A stretch of 64,000 bases of DNA from positions 21,013 to 85,012 of the forward strand of contig CAJJCZ010000010.1 in the NCBI GenBank assembly GCA_905182795.1. The letters are read 5' to 3'. A program made the translations under genes and the position numbers. The notes below the pieces were generated by a model, which was not told the origin of the DNA, searched no databases, and saw nothing but the letters and a program-made list of their open reading frames with translations. Every line of letters starts with the position of its first letter. Within the stretch, counting starts at the first letter, position 1. The DNA is from an uncultured bacterium (GTDB lineage: Bacteria > Fidelibacterota > Marinisomatia > Marinisomatales > Marinisomataceae). Positions 41,350 to 50,358 of this stretch are shown in pieces.

Positions 41350-41974
41350 GGATTTGAAACTAAATAAAAAAATTAAATTAATAAAGAAAAGACTTACTGA
41401 AACATTGCCTGGCTGGGAAAGTCAGAAAAAAATGGCAGTTATGTCTATTAATACCGTTACAAGATTGGCTTTTTATCCGCCATCAAATGCAAAATTAGCA
41501 GCAGTAGCTATTATATTATTTGAACAAGAGAATCAGCTAAAATTTTTTTTAACACGAAGAACATCAAATGTAGATCATCACAAAGGAGAAATTTCTTTTC
41601 CTGGTGGCGCGAAAGATGGGAAGGAGTCATTTAAAGAAACTTCTTTGCGCGAAAGCCGTGAAGAGATTGGAATAAATATCGATCTAGAGCTGATTGGAAA
41701 ACTAACACCGCTATATGCTCCAGTTTCTGGGTTCTTGATTCATCCATATGTTTGGTATTCTAGTAAGAGGCCAAGTACAATAATTAATGAAGATGAGGTA
41801 GAGTCAATACATGATATTAACCTTGATGAATTGCAAGACAACAATACCTTATCTACAAAAGATGTTAAAATAAAAGGTATAAATATAGCAGTTCCTAGTT
41901 TTGAGTTTGACAGCTGTACCTCTTGGGGTGCAACTGCAATGATTTTATCAGAATTAAAAGACTCTATCGGTTAA
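41348..41974 (+). CDS. NUDIX hydrolase, CoA pyrophosphatase-like
   Basis: Nudix box GGAKDGKESFKETSLRESREEIGI preceded by ISFPGG, as in the NudL/NUDT7 type. The start is ambiguous: 41333, 41348 or 41432. Confidence 0.75.
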   Translation: MDLKLNKKIKLIKKRLTETLPGWESQKKMAVMSINTVTRLAFYPPSNAKLAAVAIILFEQENQLKFFLTRRTSNVDHHKGEISFPGGAKDGKESFKETSLRESREEIGINIDLELIGKLTPLYAPVSGFLIHPYVWYSSKRPSTIINEDEVESIHDINLDELQDNNTLSTKDVKIKGINIAVPSFEFDSCTSWGATAMILSELKDSIG

Positions 41975-41976
41975 AT

Positions 41977-42912
41977 CTATAATTCAGTATTACAATTTCC
42001 ACATGAATTAGTTGATTTTATATCCACCTCTTCAAAACAAGTTGGACATTTATCTTCTATTGCTGATACAGTATCTTTCCCAATAACCACTTGTTTTGCT
42101 GACGCTGCTGACCACATATACGATACACCCACTAGTGTTAAGAAATAAGCCATTACTTCAATAGCACTAGGATTTCCATTCCAACCAAATAATCCTTTAG
42201 CAAAGACACCAATACCACCTTTTTCGTGGAATAAAGGATAGCTACCATCGGGATTAAGTGCGGGATTCACATCCCAGATAGGACCGGGATAATAAATTAA
42301 ACCAGCTTCTTCAAATTCATGAATTCCATAAGCTACTAAGCCTGCTGCAACAAAGATTAATAGAATAGACGTAACATTAAAAAATGTTTTTAATGGAACT
42401 TTTTTCCCTTGAATGAATATCGCATAGCCAAGCGCAATAGCAATCGCTACTCCAGTTAATGATGTAGCAAAAGAAAGGCCTCCATCTTTAATATATATAC
42501 CATATAAGAATAATACTGTTTCTATTCCTTCTCTGAATACAGATAAGAATGCAAGTGCAAATAATCCTTGAGCAACGTTTTTGTTGCTATCCATTACTGC
42601 TGATGCTTGATTCTCTAAATTTTCAGATATATTTTTATTTCTTGCCATCCATATAATCATTGTTGATAACAATACAGCTGCTAAGATCATTACTGTACCT
42701 TCAAAAATTTCTTCTGCTCTTCCGGAGAATCCGCCCAGTATTAATTGAAATATAATTGCAAAAACTACACTAGCTGCTAGTGCTGCAATTACTCCTCCCT
42801 GAATACTTGCTTTAAGATGCATTTTCCCAGTCTTAGATATAAATGTATATAAGATACCAACAATTAATGCAGCTTCGAGAGTTTCTCTAAATGTTATAAG
42901 TAGTTCTGCCAT
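41977..42912 (-). CDS. FTR1/EfeU family high-affinity iron permease with a C-terminal 4-Cys tail
   Basis: 311 aa with about 7 TM helices and two RExxE motifs in TM1 and TM4 (FRETLEAAL, FREGIETVL). The C-terminal tail is CPTCFEEVDIKSTNSCGNC. Confidence 0.85.
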   Translation of the reverse strand: MAELLITFRETLEAALIVGILYTFISKTGKMHLKASIQGGVIAALAASVVFAIIFQLILGGFSGRAEEIFEGTVMILAAVLLSTMIIWMARNKNISENLENQASAVMDSNKNVAQGLFALAFLSVFREGIETVLFLYGIYIKDGGLSFATSLTGVAIAIALGYAIFIQGKKVPLKTFFNVTSILLIFVAAGLVAYGIHEFEEAGLIYYPGPIWDVNPALNPDGSYPLFHEKGGIGVFAKGLFGWNGNPSAIEVMAYFLTLVGVSYMWSAASAKQVVIGKDTVSAIEDKCPTCFEEVDIKSTNSCGNCNTEL

Positions 42913-42936
42913 GATATATTTTCCTTCAATTTTTCA

Positions 42937-42955
42937 ATTGAGATTAATTCTCAAT
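42937..42955. promoter_or_regulatory. Fur-family-like operator (inverted repeat ATTGAGA-N5-TCTCAAT)
   Basis: ATTGAGATTAATTCTCAAT lies 25 bp upstream of the FTR1 start codon. The core TGAGATTAATTCTCA matches the 7-1-7 Fur box TGATAATNATTATCA at 11 of 14 defined positions. Confidence 0.35.
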
Positions 42956-42968
42956 AAATTATGGTATG

Positions 42969-42997
42969 AATATATGGATATTTTTTTTATACGTCAA
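42969..42997 (-). promoter_or_regulatory. Candidate promoter TTGACG-N17-TATATT for the FTR1 gene
   Basis: The minus strand reads TTGACG tataaaaaaaatatcca TATATT, just downstream of the azurin-gene terminator and upstream of the inverted repeat. Confidence 0.3.
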
Positions 42998-43003
42998 TTC
43001 GAT

Positions 43004-43033
43004 AAAACCCCCACTAATAAAAGTGAGGGTTTT
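43004..43033 (-). terminator. Intrinsic terminator hairpin after the azurin-like gene
   Basis: The minus strand reads AAAACCCTCAC-ttttatta-GTGGGGGTTTT: an 11-bp stem with one G:U and a U-tract, about 20 nt after the stop codon. Confidence 0.5.
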
Positions 43034-43051
43034 AGTAATGAGATTCTTTAA

Positions 43052-43501
43052 TTATTCAACAATCATATAGCCACGCATAGAACCTGCATGTGCGATATAA
43101 GTACAAACATATAAATATCTACCTGGCTTACTTGGTGCTGTGAACTCTACAGATGTCTCTTGTTGTTTATCTGCTAGTGAAGTCATCGCTAAGATTCTAT
43201 TGTCGTTAGTCATTGGACTACCACCACCATAGTCTTCAGCATATTCAATAATTGAGGCAGCATCCGATTCATTTTTGAAAATAACAATATTGTGCTGCAT
43301 TGCTCCCATAAAATCAGATGGAGTATTATTTTTCATCACTATAGTAACTTTTGATCCAGCTTTAACAGTGAATTCTTCTACATCATATTTCATTTCAGCT
43401 CCCAATGAACCGATATTTACTATTGTTGCTTCAGCAGTAGATCCACCACCACATCCAATTAACAGTAAGATTGATGTAATTGTAAATATTTTTTTAAACA
43501 T
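43052..43501 (-). CDS. Lipid-anchored azurin-type blue copper protein (cupredoxin)
   Basis: 149 aa with lipobox LLIGC|GGG. The type-1 Cu ligands are spaced as in azurin: MQHNIV (compare MGHNWV) and YVCTYIAHAGSMRG (compare FFCTFPGHSALMKG). SD AAGGGGA lies upstream. Confidence 0.8.
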   Translation of the reverse strand: MFKKIFTITSILLLIGCGGGSTAEATIVNIGSLGAEMKYDVEEFTVKAGSKVTIVMKNNTPSDFMGAMQHNIVIFKNESDAASIIEYAEDYGGGSPMTNDNRILAMTSLADKQQETSVEFTAPSKPGRYLYVCTYIAHAGSMRGYMIVE

Positions 43502-43620
43502 AGTGTCCCCTTATTTAACCTTTGGAAAGAGCTTATTTAGCTATTCCATATATTATTTTTTGTTAAACCTAGCTAGTAGGCTGGCCAATTTTATGACAGA
43601 ATAAATCTAGTAGCAAACGA

Positions 43621-43917
43621 TTAGTATCTCAAGATTTCGATATTATTTCCTGAGCGATCTTTGATATAAACAGAAACCGATCCATCGCGATGCGTGACAG
43701 GTTCTCCATAGCTTTCAACATCGTCTTTTAGGATTGCGAAATGGAAAGGATGTTGGTCTGGTAAGACGAGTGCTAGCTTGACATTTTCAAACTCAAGCAT
43801 TGCCCAAGATTTATCCTGATAAAGGATATCACAGGTAAAGTTATCTGTATACCACGTTACTGATTTAGCGATATCATTAGTACAAATTGCTAAATGATCT
43901 ATAATATCTTTTTTCAT
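43621..43917 (-). CDS. Small VOC (glyoxalase/bleomycin resistance/dioxygenase) family protein
   Basis: 98 aa. It begins with IDHLAICTNDI..SV.WY, has an internal HFAI, and ends DRSGNNIEIL, typical of a single VOC module. Confidence 0.7.
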   Translation of the reverse strand: MKKDIIDHLAICTNDIAKSVTWYTDNFTCDILYQDKSWAMLEFENVKLALVLPDQHPFHFAILKDDVESYGEPVTHRDGSVSVYIKDRSGNNIEILRY

Positions 43918-43947
43918 AAGATTGCTAGTGAATATTAATCAAACTAT

Positions 43948-44580
43948 ATGTATTTTGATAGTAGTATGAACGATAAAATTCCAATTTTTCCACTACCTTT
44001 AGTACTGCTTCCTGGCGAAAAATTGCCTTTACATATTTTTGAAGAAAAATACAAAAAGATGATTGAGCATTGCCTAAAGAACAATAAAAATTTTGGTATT
44101 ATAAATTCAAAAAATAATGATTCTCTAGTAATTGGATGTACGGCATCTATAGAGCAATTAGTTGGCGGAGAAAATGAAAGTAGAGAATATGATATCTTGG
44201 TATCTGGGGTAGAGAGATTTATTGTTAAGAGTTATAATACTTCAGAAAATTATAAGCAGGCATATGTTAAAACATGGAATGATATCGACGATACTATTAA
44301 TCAAGATTTATTACAAGAAGCCAATGTTTTCTTGTATGAGGTATTATTGAAACTAGGAGCATCTTCTAAAATTCCACAGATTGATATGCCAAAAAGTTCT
44401 TTTGAAATTGCCTCTATGTTAGATATTGATAAAAGAGCAAAAAAAATTCTATTGAAAAGTCAATCTGAGAACGATCGTTTAATTGTATTAAAAAGAATAT
44501 TAAAGAAAGCAATTATCAAGATTGATTATGAAGACCCTGCTAGATCTGTTTATCCTAGCTACTCACAATTTGAAGCATAG
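43948..44580 (+). CDS. LON N-terminal (substrate-binding) domain protein
   Basis: IPIFPLPLVLLPGEKLPLHIFEEKYKKMI is the hallmark start of the LON substrate-binding domain. An alternative start lies at 43966 (MNDKIPIFPL). Confidence 0.75.
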   Translation: MYFDSSMNDKIPIFPLPLVLLPGEKLPLHIFEEKYKKMIEHCLKNNKNFGIINSKNNDSLVIGCTASIEQLVGGENESREYDILVSGVERFIVKSYNTSENYKQAYVKTWNDIDDTINQDLLQEANVFLYEVLLKLGASSKIPQIDMPKSSFEIASMLDIDKRAKKILLKSQSENDRLIVLKRILKKAIIKIDYEDPARSVYPSYSQFEA

Positions 44581-44583
44581 TTT

Positions 44584-47500
44584 TTAATTAGCTTTCTTAG
44601 ACAGTCTTTCTAAAAACATAATAAAGTCATCAATAATTATATACGCAACTGGCACAAGTAACAATATAATACTAGTTGCAAATAAAATTCCAACCCCTAG
44701 AGATATTGCCATAGGCTTTAGGAATAGAACCTGCGTGCTTTGATTAAATAGTAATGGTACAATACCTAAGAATGTTGTCATTGAGGTTAATACTACTGGC
44801 CTGAATCTTGTACGAACTGCATCTAGCACAGCTTTTCTAGTTTCTACACCTTTCTCTTTGGCTCTATTTACAAATACAACCAAGAGAAGACTGTCGTTTA
44901 CTACAACACCAGATAATGCGATAACACCAAGAAGAGATAGTACTGACATAGGCTGATTAAACAATAAGTGTCCAAGGATTGCTCCTACCACTCCAAATGG
45001 AATTGCTGATAATACAATCAATGGCTTAAAGTATGATTTAAGTGGAATCGCAAGCAGTACATAAATAACAAAAATTGCTAAACTATATTTTAATAATATA
45101 TCATCTAGCTGTTTGCTTTGTTCAGCTGGCTCTCCCGCTAATGCGAAATCTACTCCAGGAGTTTTATCCATAACCTTTTTGAGTTTCCCCATTGGTTCTC
45201 CTTCAAATGGACCTCCGGGCCATACAATTGTTTGCAAGATCATAGAAGAAGTATTTTTAGAAACATCAACATCGGATGTTACTTCAATAACGCGCTTTCC
45301 ATCAACACGAACAATCGCTGATTTTCCTTCAACTTCTTTAATGTTAGCAACAGCATAGAGTGGCACCTTAATCCCTTGAGGGGTACGTATTCTCATATTT
45401 TCTAAAGTTATTAGATTGTCACGCTCGTCTTTTGGGAGCTTCAACATAACCTTAATATCATCATCTTCTCTTTGAATGCGCTGCACCTCTTCACCAAAGA
45501 ATGCTTGTCTTACTTGACGTGCAATATCCATCGTAGTAATGCCATAAACTTCAGCAGACGGTAACAACTCAATTTGTAATTCATTTTTACCTTTGGTGTC
45601 AGTATCTGCTAAATCATAGATGCCTGAAAAGCTAGAAAGTAGTACTCTTGTATCAGCTACTACTTGATTTAATTTTTCAAAACTATCTCCTGAAAATTCA
45701 AAGTGAATTGATTTACCAGCAGTAAAAACATTAGCACTATAATTTAATCGCTCTACACCTGGGATAGTTCCAATACGTGAACGCATCTCATCGATAATAT
45801 CGTATGCACCTGTTAATCCCCATCTATTCTCTGCAGGAGTTAGCACAATAACAACCTCTCCTAGGTGTGGTGTTGATGCAGCTGTAATAGCCCCTCCGCT
45901 AGGACTATTCTCAGCTTCAGCATTTGCAAAATAGTGCTGTCCAACAGTTGTTAATACATGAGAAATAATTATTTCTGGCTCAGTTGTGTTCAACTCTTGT
46001 TTAAGTTTTAGAGCTTCACTTTCAATAATTTGAGTAATAGCTTGGGTTTTCTCTATTGGAGAGCCTTCTGGTAATTCAAATACAATTCCAACTTCTTGAG
46101 CCTCTAGAACAGGAAAAAACTGCCATTTTACTAATCCTCCAGCAAGCAAAGATAAGGTCATAATCATCATTCCTATAAATGCTGAAATAGTGACATATCG
46201 ATTAGTAATAGATTTTTTAACTAGAGGCATCCAGAAATTATCTACAAACCTATAAAGTTTTTCTGAAGAATAATTTCTTACCGCCTTTAATCTTTTACCA
46301 AAACCTACAAAACTGGTTTGGAACCATTCACCAGCACGGTATAAGTGGGCTGGTAAAATTGTCGTCGACTCGATTAATGAAAATACTAAAATTGGAATAG
46401 CGGTTAATGGAAATGTTTTCCAGATACCACCTGTTTGTCCGGCTAGATTAAGCATGGGTGCAAATACAACAATAGTCGTTAATACTCCAAAAAAGACAGG
46501 AATTAATACTTCCATGGTACCTTTAATGGTTGAGTCCATATTATTTTCTTTGAGGTTTATGCGCCTTCTAAAAACATTTTCTCCTACAATAATGGCATCA
46601 TCAACAACAATTCCCAATACTACAATAAACATAAATGCCGATAAAATATTCACAGTAACACCGATTTGCGGCAGAATAATTAATGCCCCTCCGAAAGAGA
46701 TTGGAATACCCATTGACACCCAGAATGCTACCGATGGTCTTAAAAACATTGTTAAAAGAAGTAATACTAAAACCATTCCAATAGCAAAATTTCTATACAG
46801 GAGATCAATACGATCTTGGAGATATCGTGCTTGATCATACCAATAATCAATACTCACATTTGGGGGCATATCTGACTGCTTACTCTTAACATACTTTCTT
46901 AATTGATCAGCAGCCAGGAGTACGTCTTGGTCACCAACTAAATTTACACTAATAAACATTGCTGGAATACCATCCCATCGATAATATCTTTCTACATCAA
47001 TAAATCCATCGGTAATAGTTGCTATGTCCTTGAGAAGTAATTGACTTCCATCTGGCTGACCTTTAATAACAATATTTTCATACTCAATAGCATTATAGGA
47101 CTGTCCCACTGTTCTAATTAATAGGTCACCACTTTTACTTGATAACAACCCTCCTGGTAAGTCGATTGACCCTTTATTAATTGCCATAGATATTTGATCA
47201 AAACTTAAGTTATACTTTTCAAGATTGTTTTCAGACACCTCTATAGTAATTTCTTTATCTCTGTCTCCGTTTATTTCTGTAAATGAAACTTCGCTGAGCT
47301 CTTTCATTTCCTTATTCAGTTCTTTAGTAATATTTAATAGGACCCGTTCATCGACATCTCCATACACAATAACATCTAACACTTTCTCGCTAGTTTCCAA
47401 CTTACTAACAACGGGAGCCTCACTATTTTGTGGGAAAGTACTTATACCATCCATGATTGTGTTGATATCATCTAAAGTAGTATCAATCTCATCGCTATTA

Positions 47501-47793
47501 TAAACTTGTATAGTAATTAATCCAGCACCCTCCAGTGAGTATGATTTTATTTTTTCAATATTAGAAATTCCTTGAAGTCTATCTTCTATTTTTGAAGAAA
47601 TTGAAGACTCTACTTCTTTTGCAGATGCTCCAGGATAAGGAACAGAGATTGTAATAGTTGCAAGATCTGGAATAGGAAAGAATTCAGACTTCATTGTTGG
47701 ATACGATACAAAGAATCCACCAAAAATTAAAAAAAACATAAATAGGTTCGCAGGGACACTATTCTTAACGAACCAAGTAACAATACCTCTCAT
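44584..47793 (-). CDS. RND efflux transporter inner-membrane permease (AcrB/AcrD/AcrF family)
   Basis: 1069 aa with 12-TM RND architecture, two large periplasmic loops, and conserved VDDAIIVGEN and VVNDSLLLV segments. Confidence 0.95.
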   Translation of the reverse strand: MRGIVTWFVKNSVPANLFMFFLIFGGFFVSYPTMKSEFFPIPDLATITISVPYPGASAKEVESSISSKIEDRLQGISNIEKIKSYSLEGAGLITIQVYNSDEIDTTLDDINTIMDGISTFPQNSEAPVVSKLETSEKVLDVIVYGDVDERVLLNITKELNKEMKELSEVSFTEINGDRDKEITIEVSENNLEKYNLSFDQISMAINKGSIDLPGGLLSSKSGDLLIRTVGQSYNAIEYENIVIKGQPDGSQLLLKDIATITDGFIDVERYYRWDGIPAMFISVNLVGDQDVLLAADQLRKYVKSKQSDMPPNVSIDYWYDQARYLQDRIDLLYRNFAIGMVLVLLLLTMFLRPSVAFWVSMGIPISFGGALIILPQIGVTVNILSAFMFIVVLGIVVDDAIIVGENVFRRRINLKENNMDSTIKGTMEVLIPVFFGVLTTIVVFAPMLNLAGQTGGIWKTFPLTAIPILVFSLIESTTILPAHLYRAGEWFQTSFVGFGKRLKAVRNYSSEKLYRFVDNFWMPLVKKSITNRYVTISAFIGMMIMTLSLLAGGLVKWQFFPVLEAQEVGIVFELPEGSPIEKTQAITQIIESEALKLKQELNTTEPEIIISHVLTTVGQHYFANAEAENSPSGGAITAASTPHLGEVVIVLTPAENRWGLTGAYDIIDEMRSRIGTIPGVERLNYSANVFTAGKSIHFEFSGDSFEKLNQVVADTRVLLSSFSGIYDLADTDTKGKNELQIELLPSAEVYGITTMDIARQVRQAFFGEEVQRIQREDDDIKVMLKLPKDERDNLITLENMRIRTPQGIKVPLYAVANIKEVEGKSAIVRVDGKRVIEVTSDVDVSKNTSSMILQTIVWPGGPFEGEPMGKLKKVMDKTPGVDFALAGEPAEQSKQLDDILLKYSLAIFVIYVLLAIPLKSYFKPLIVLSAIPFGVVGAILGHLLFNQPMSVLSLLGVIALSGVVVNDSLLLVVFVNRAKEKGVETRKAVLDAVRTRFRPVVLTSMTTFLGIVPLLFNQSTQVLFLKPMAISLGVGILFATSIILLLVPVAYIIIDDFIMFLERLSKKAN

Positions 47794-48935
47794 TATTGAT
47801 ATCTTGGGTTGACTAGCATTCCATTAGTTGCAATACTAAGTTTGGATACAACCACTCTTTCACCCGCTTTCATCCCTTCTTTTACTAAAATATAATTTTT
47901 CATTTTAGTAATGACTTTTACTTTTCTTATTTCTAGAGTATCATCTTGATTTAAAACCAAGAGTTCATCATTAGGAGTTAATGCAGTATTTGGTATCATA
48001 AAAATGTCTTCTAACTGCTTTCCATTGATTTCGGCTTCTACAAATAAACCAATTGGCAAGATAGGCTTTGTCTCTTCAATAAAATTATTTTTGAAATTTG
48101 CGATTAACTTAATCATTCGAGTCATTGGATCAATAACACCATCAACACGTTCTAGATTCCCAGCCCACTCTTGCATTTCACCTCTATAAACAGATTTAAT
48201 AATTACGATAGACTTTTGATCAGGGTTTAATTTTCTACCATCCATTGGGATATCTAAAAATTGTAAATCACTATCTTTGACAGAAAGGGTAACTTCAATT
48301 TCATTTGAAGTATACATAGATCCTACTGATTGGCCAGGAATAATAGTGGAGCCTAAATCAATATTGATATTTTGAATACGTCCTGTATATGGCGCAGTAA
48401 TCTCTGTTTTATTTAGTTTTTTTTCTGCTGATTGCACTTGAGCTTTTGCAACTTCTAATGCAGCTTTTGCTTGCTTTAGCTGAGGTTTTTTAGCTGTTAG
48501 ATCTTTTGCAGTACCTTTGCCAACTTGTTCCCAAGCTTCTTGAGCAATCTCTGCTTCTGCTTGTTGAACTGCAAATTGAACTTCAGCACTTGCTAGCTGA
48601 AGCAGGGCATTCTTATACTGCAGCTGTAAATCGGTATCATCAATTTTAGCTAAAATCTCCCCACTAATAACGGAAGATCCTTCAGAGAATTTTTTAGAAC
48701 GATAAATAACTTCTCCGCCTACTTCAGATGTTAAGACCGTCTGAGTAATAGGGGTTGTTGTTCCAGTTGATTTTATTTTTATTTGATAATCAATAGGTGT
48801 TAAAATTTGAACATTTACATCCATAGGGGCTTCTTCTTGTATAGGTTCAGCAGATATCTGGCCTAACATGTATAGCACAGATGCAATAACCGTGGAAATA
48901 GCTATAATTAGTAATGGTTTTAAATATTTAATCAT
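47793..48935 (-). CDS. RND efflux periplasmic adaptor (membrane fusion protein, HlyD family)
   Basis: 380 aa with an N-terminal anchor, a coiled-coil hairpin (AEVQFAVQQAEAEIAQEAWE...AKAALEVAKAQVQSAEKKL) and ITAPYTGRI. It has a 1-nt junction with the pump gene. Confidence 0.9.
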   Translation of the reverse strand: MIKYLKPLLIIAISTVIASVLYMLGQISAEPIQEEAPMDVNVQILTPIDYQIKIKSTGTTTPITQTVLTSEVGGEVIYRSKKFSEGSSVISGEILAKIDDTDLQLQYKNALLQLASAEVQFAVQQAEAEIAQEAWEQVGKGTAKDLTAKKPQLKQAKAALEVAKAQVQSAEKKLNKTEITAPYTGRIQNINIDLGSTIIPGQSVGSMYTSNEIEVTLSVKDSDLQFLDIPMDGRKLNPDQKSIVIIKSVYRGEMQEWAGNLERVDGVIDPMTRMIKLIANFKNNFIEETKPILPIGLFVEAEINGKQLEDIFMIPNTALTPNDELLVLNQDDTLEIRKVKVITKMKNYILVKEGMKAGERVVVSKLSIATNGMLVNPRYQ

Positions 48936-50356
48936 TGTTTGTAAGTGAACCCTCCTCCAAGTGCTAATATTAAGTTTATTCTTCGTTCAATCCGAATTCT
49001 TTCTACGCTAGCTAACATATTTTTATTATCAAATAGTGCATTATTTGCATTTAATACCTCTTCTATAGTTCCTACTCCTCTAGCAAATTCTTCAAAAGTT
49101 GTATCATAGATAGATTTAGATAGTACAATATTTTCTTTTAAAAGCTGTAATGATAATTGTGCACTTTGATCAAATTCTAAACCTGATTCTACCTCTTTAT
49201 AGGCTTTAAGTAAGTTGTTAATAAATTCAAGCATAGCAATTTCTTTATTAGTTTTAGCAATTTTTTTATTTGCTATTAATTTTCCTGCATTGAATACGGG
49301 AGCAAGCAAATTAATCCCATTACTCCAAACACTAAAATCGTCATTGAGTAAGTCTTGGATATTGCTTGACGTTCCCGTAGATCCCACTAAACTAAATGAG
49401 GGATATAGAGATCGCATAGCTTGCCTATCAAGTGCTTTTGATGCTAATAAATTATATTGAGACGCAATCAAATCAGGACGCCTTTTTACAATATCTGCTG
49501 GTAATACAGTCGGTATATTAGGAATAGACTTTGGAAATTCTGTAGCCGTATCTAGTGTTAAATTTGGGTATTCTTTTATTAGTACTTTTCCTTCACGAAC
49601 AAGCGACGAAGAGATACTTTTCTTATTCTCTAAATCACTCTTAGCTATATTAAACACTAGTTCTGATTGTTGTAGCGCTTTTAATGAAATAATTCCTTTA
49701 TTATAACGACTCGTATATAAATCAAAGATAATTTTGGCATTATTATATTTTTGTGCAGCATTTTTTACCAATTGTTTGGATTCAATAATTGAGAAATAAA
49801 GCTTTGTTGCTTCAGATGTAAGAGAAAATTGATAATACGTATAATTATATTTTGCAGATAAATATTGTTGCTTACCTGCAAGCCTTCCTTGTCTCATTTT
49901 TCCCCACAAATCAATTTCCCACTGAGTGTTTAATGATAGACTATAATTTTCTTGATTAAAGGTTGTTATTTCACCACTCTCTCCTCCGAATAATTCGGTA
50001 AATATTGAAGGGAGTCCTGCTGAATTTTGTTCAGATTCTCCCGCTGAAGCACTTATCCCTATAGAAGGGAAAAGATTAGAAGTGGATATAACCGATGCTT
50101 GTTTTGCAATTCTGGTATTGAGCATAGCTTGCTCTAGATTAATATTTTCATTGAGAAATTGAGATAAAAATTGATTTAGTTTTTCATCTTGAAATTCATT
50201 CCACCATATATCTGAAATATTAATTGTGATAGGAGTTTCGTTCGCCCAATTCTCTGGAATATCATCAATTTCTATATCTTGAGGGTCTATTGCTTTCTTG
50301 CTAGCACAACTAATGAGTACGAAAAATAATAATATATGAAGAAAATAATTTTTCAC
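48932..50356 (-). CDS. Outer-membrane efflux lipoprotein (TolC/NodT family)
   Basis: 474 aa with lipobox VLISC|A and duplicated OEP repeats. There is a 4-nt overlap with the adaptor gene. Confidence 0.9.
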   Translation of the reverse strand: MKNYFLHILLFFVLISCASKKAIDPQDIEIDDIPENWANETPITINISDIWWNEFQDEKLNQFLSQFLNENINLEQAMLNTRIAKQASVISTSNLFPSIGISASAGESEQNSAGLPSIFTELFGGESGEITTFNQENYSLSLNTQWEIDLWGKMRQGRLAGKQQYLSAKYNYTYYQFSLTSEATKLYFSIIESKQLVKNAAQKYNNAKIIFDLYTSRYNKGIISLKALQQSELVFNIAKSDLENKKSISSSLVREGKVLIKEYPNLTLDTATEFPKSIPNIPTVLPADIVKRRPDLIASQYNLLASKALDRQAMRSLYPSFSLVGSTGTSSNIQDLLNDDFSVWSNGINLLAPVFNAGKLIANKKIAKTNKEIAMLEFINNLLKAYKEVESGLEFDQSAQLSLQLLKENIVLSKSIYDTTFEEFARGVGTIEEVLNANNALFDNKNMLASVERIRIERRINLILALGGGFTYKQ

Positions 50357-50358
50357 AG

